This document shows, one piece after another, positions 13,861 to 13,911 of a DNA stretch of 13,911 bases. Made by a program: the position numbers and the translations under genes. The stretch comes from Candidatus Altiarchaeales archaeon (GTDB taxonomy: Archaea > Altiarchaeota > Altiarchaeia > IMC4 > SCGC-AAA252-I15): assembly GCA_011380095.1 (NCBI GenBank), contig DSAL01000043.1, positions 1 through 13,911 on the forward strand. The letters are read 5' to 3'. Below the pieces are notes generated by a model. That model worked only from the letters and a program-made list of their open reading frames with translations. It ran no database searches and had not been told where the DNA came from. Position 1 is the first letter of the stretch, and the number at the start of each line of letters is the position of its first letter.

Positions 13861-13911
13861 TTTTACTCTATCCTCCCTTGTTTTTCGGCCTGTCTTGTAT
13901 TCCAAGAACAG

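Noticed and set aside
13861-13905. An N-terminal extension (MEYKTGRKTREDRVK) of the thioredoxin-like ORF.
   Set aside because: Conserved family members start at the MRIEILGTGCPKC methionine, which has a good SD (GGGAGG). The longer ORF has none.
1-13911. CRISPR arrays, transposase or integrase genes, or a defence island.
   Set aside because: There are no regularly spaced repeat-spacer units. The only short repeats are the 2+1 copies of TTAGGCACTACA and the ACGTCA cluster. No ORF shows a DDE, serine-recombinase or tyrosine-recombinase signature. Gene content is housekeeping.

Overview
This gene-dense window of about 50% GC looks archaeal and mostly housekeeping. The archaeal call rests on the archaeal-type DnaG primase, the LonB-like N-terminus, NadX, deoxyhypusine synthase, TATA-like boxes about 25-30 bp upstream of starts, and frequent AGGTGA/GGAGG Shine-Dalgarno motifs with GTG/TTG starts. 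I can support 17 protein-coding genes, about 90% of them coding. In order they are a PurP-like C-terminal fragment, a small hypothetical protein, a DUF167 protein, DnaG primase with an R/Q/D-rich insertion, and a LonB-family AAA+ ATPase that lacks both membrane anchor and protease domain and carries a Cys4 zinc ribbon instead. They continue with L-aspartate dehydrogenase NadX, deoxyhypusine synthase, a NifU-like protein, the B12-dependent class II ribonucleotide reductase NrdJ followed directly by corrinoid adenosyltransferase, a DUF116 Cys-rich membrane protein, a 2[4Fe-4S] ferredoxin, a stomatin/SPFH protein on the minus strand, a PRC-barrel protein, quinolinate phosphoribosyltransferase NadC, and on the minus strand a COG0701 permease with an overlapping thioredoxin-like partner. 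I found no rRNA, tRNA, CRISPR array, transposase or integrase. I do not see a convincing new multi-gene system. The observations most worth a second look are four. First, a 12-13 nt motif TTAGGCACTACA occurs three times: two tandem copies between nifU and nrdJ, and a third copy centred between convergent stop codons. In the two single-gene cases it lies 12-18 nt past the stop and is followed by a U-rich tract. Second, the LonB-like ATPase is soluble and has no protease domain. Third, the 290-bp divergent intergenic region carries ACGTCA repeats and TCACG palindromes. Fourth, NrdJ is followed by a corrinoid adenosyltransferase with a Cys4 insert, then DUF116 and a ferredoxin.
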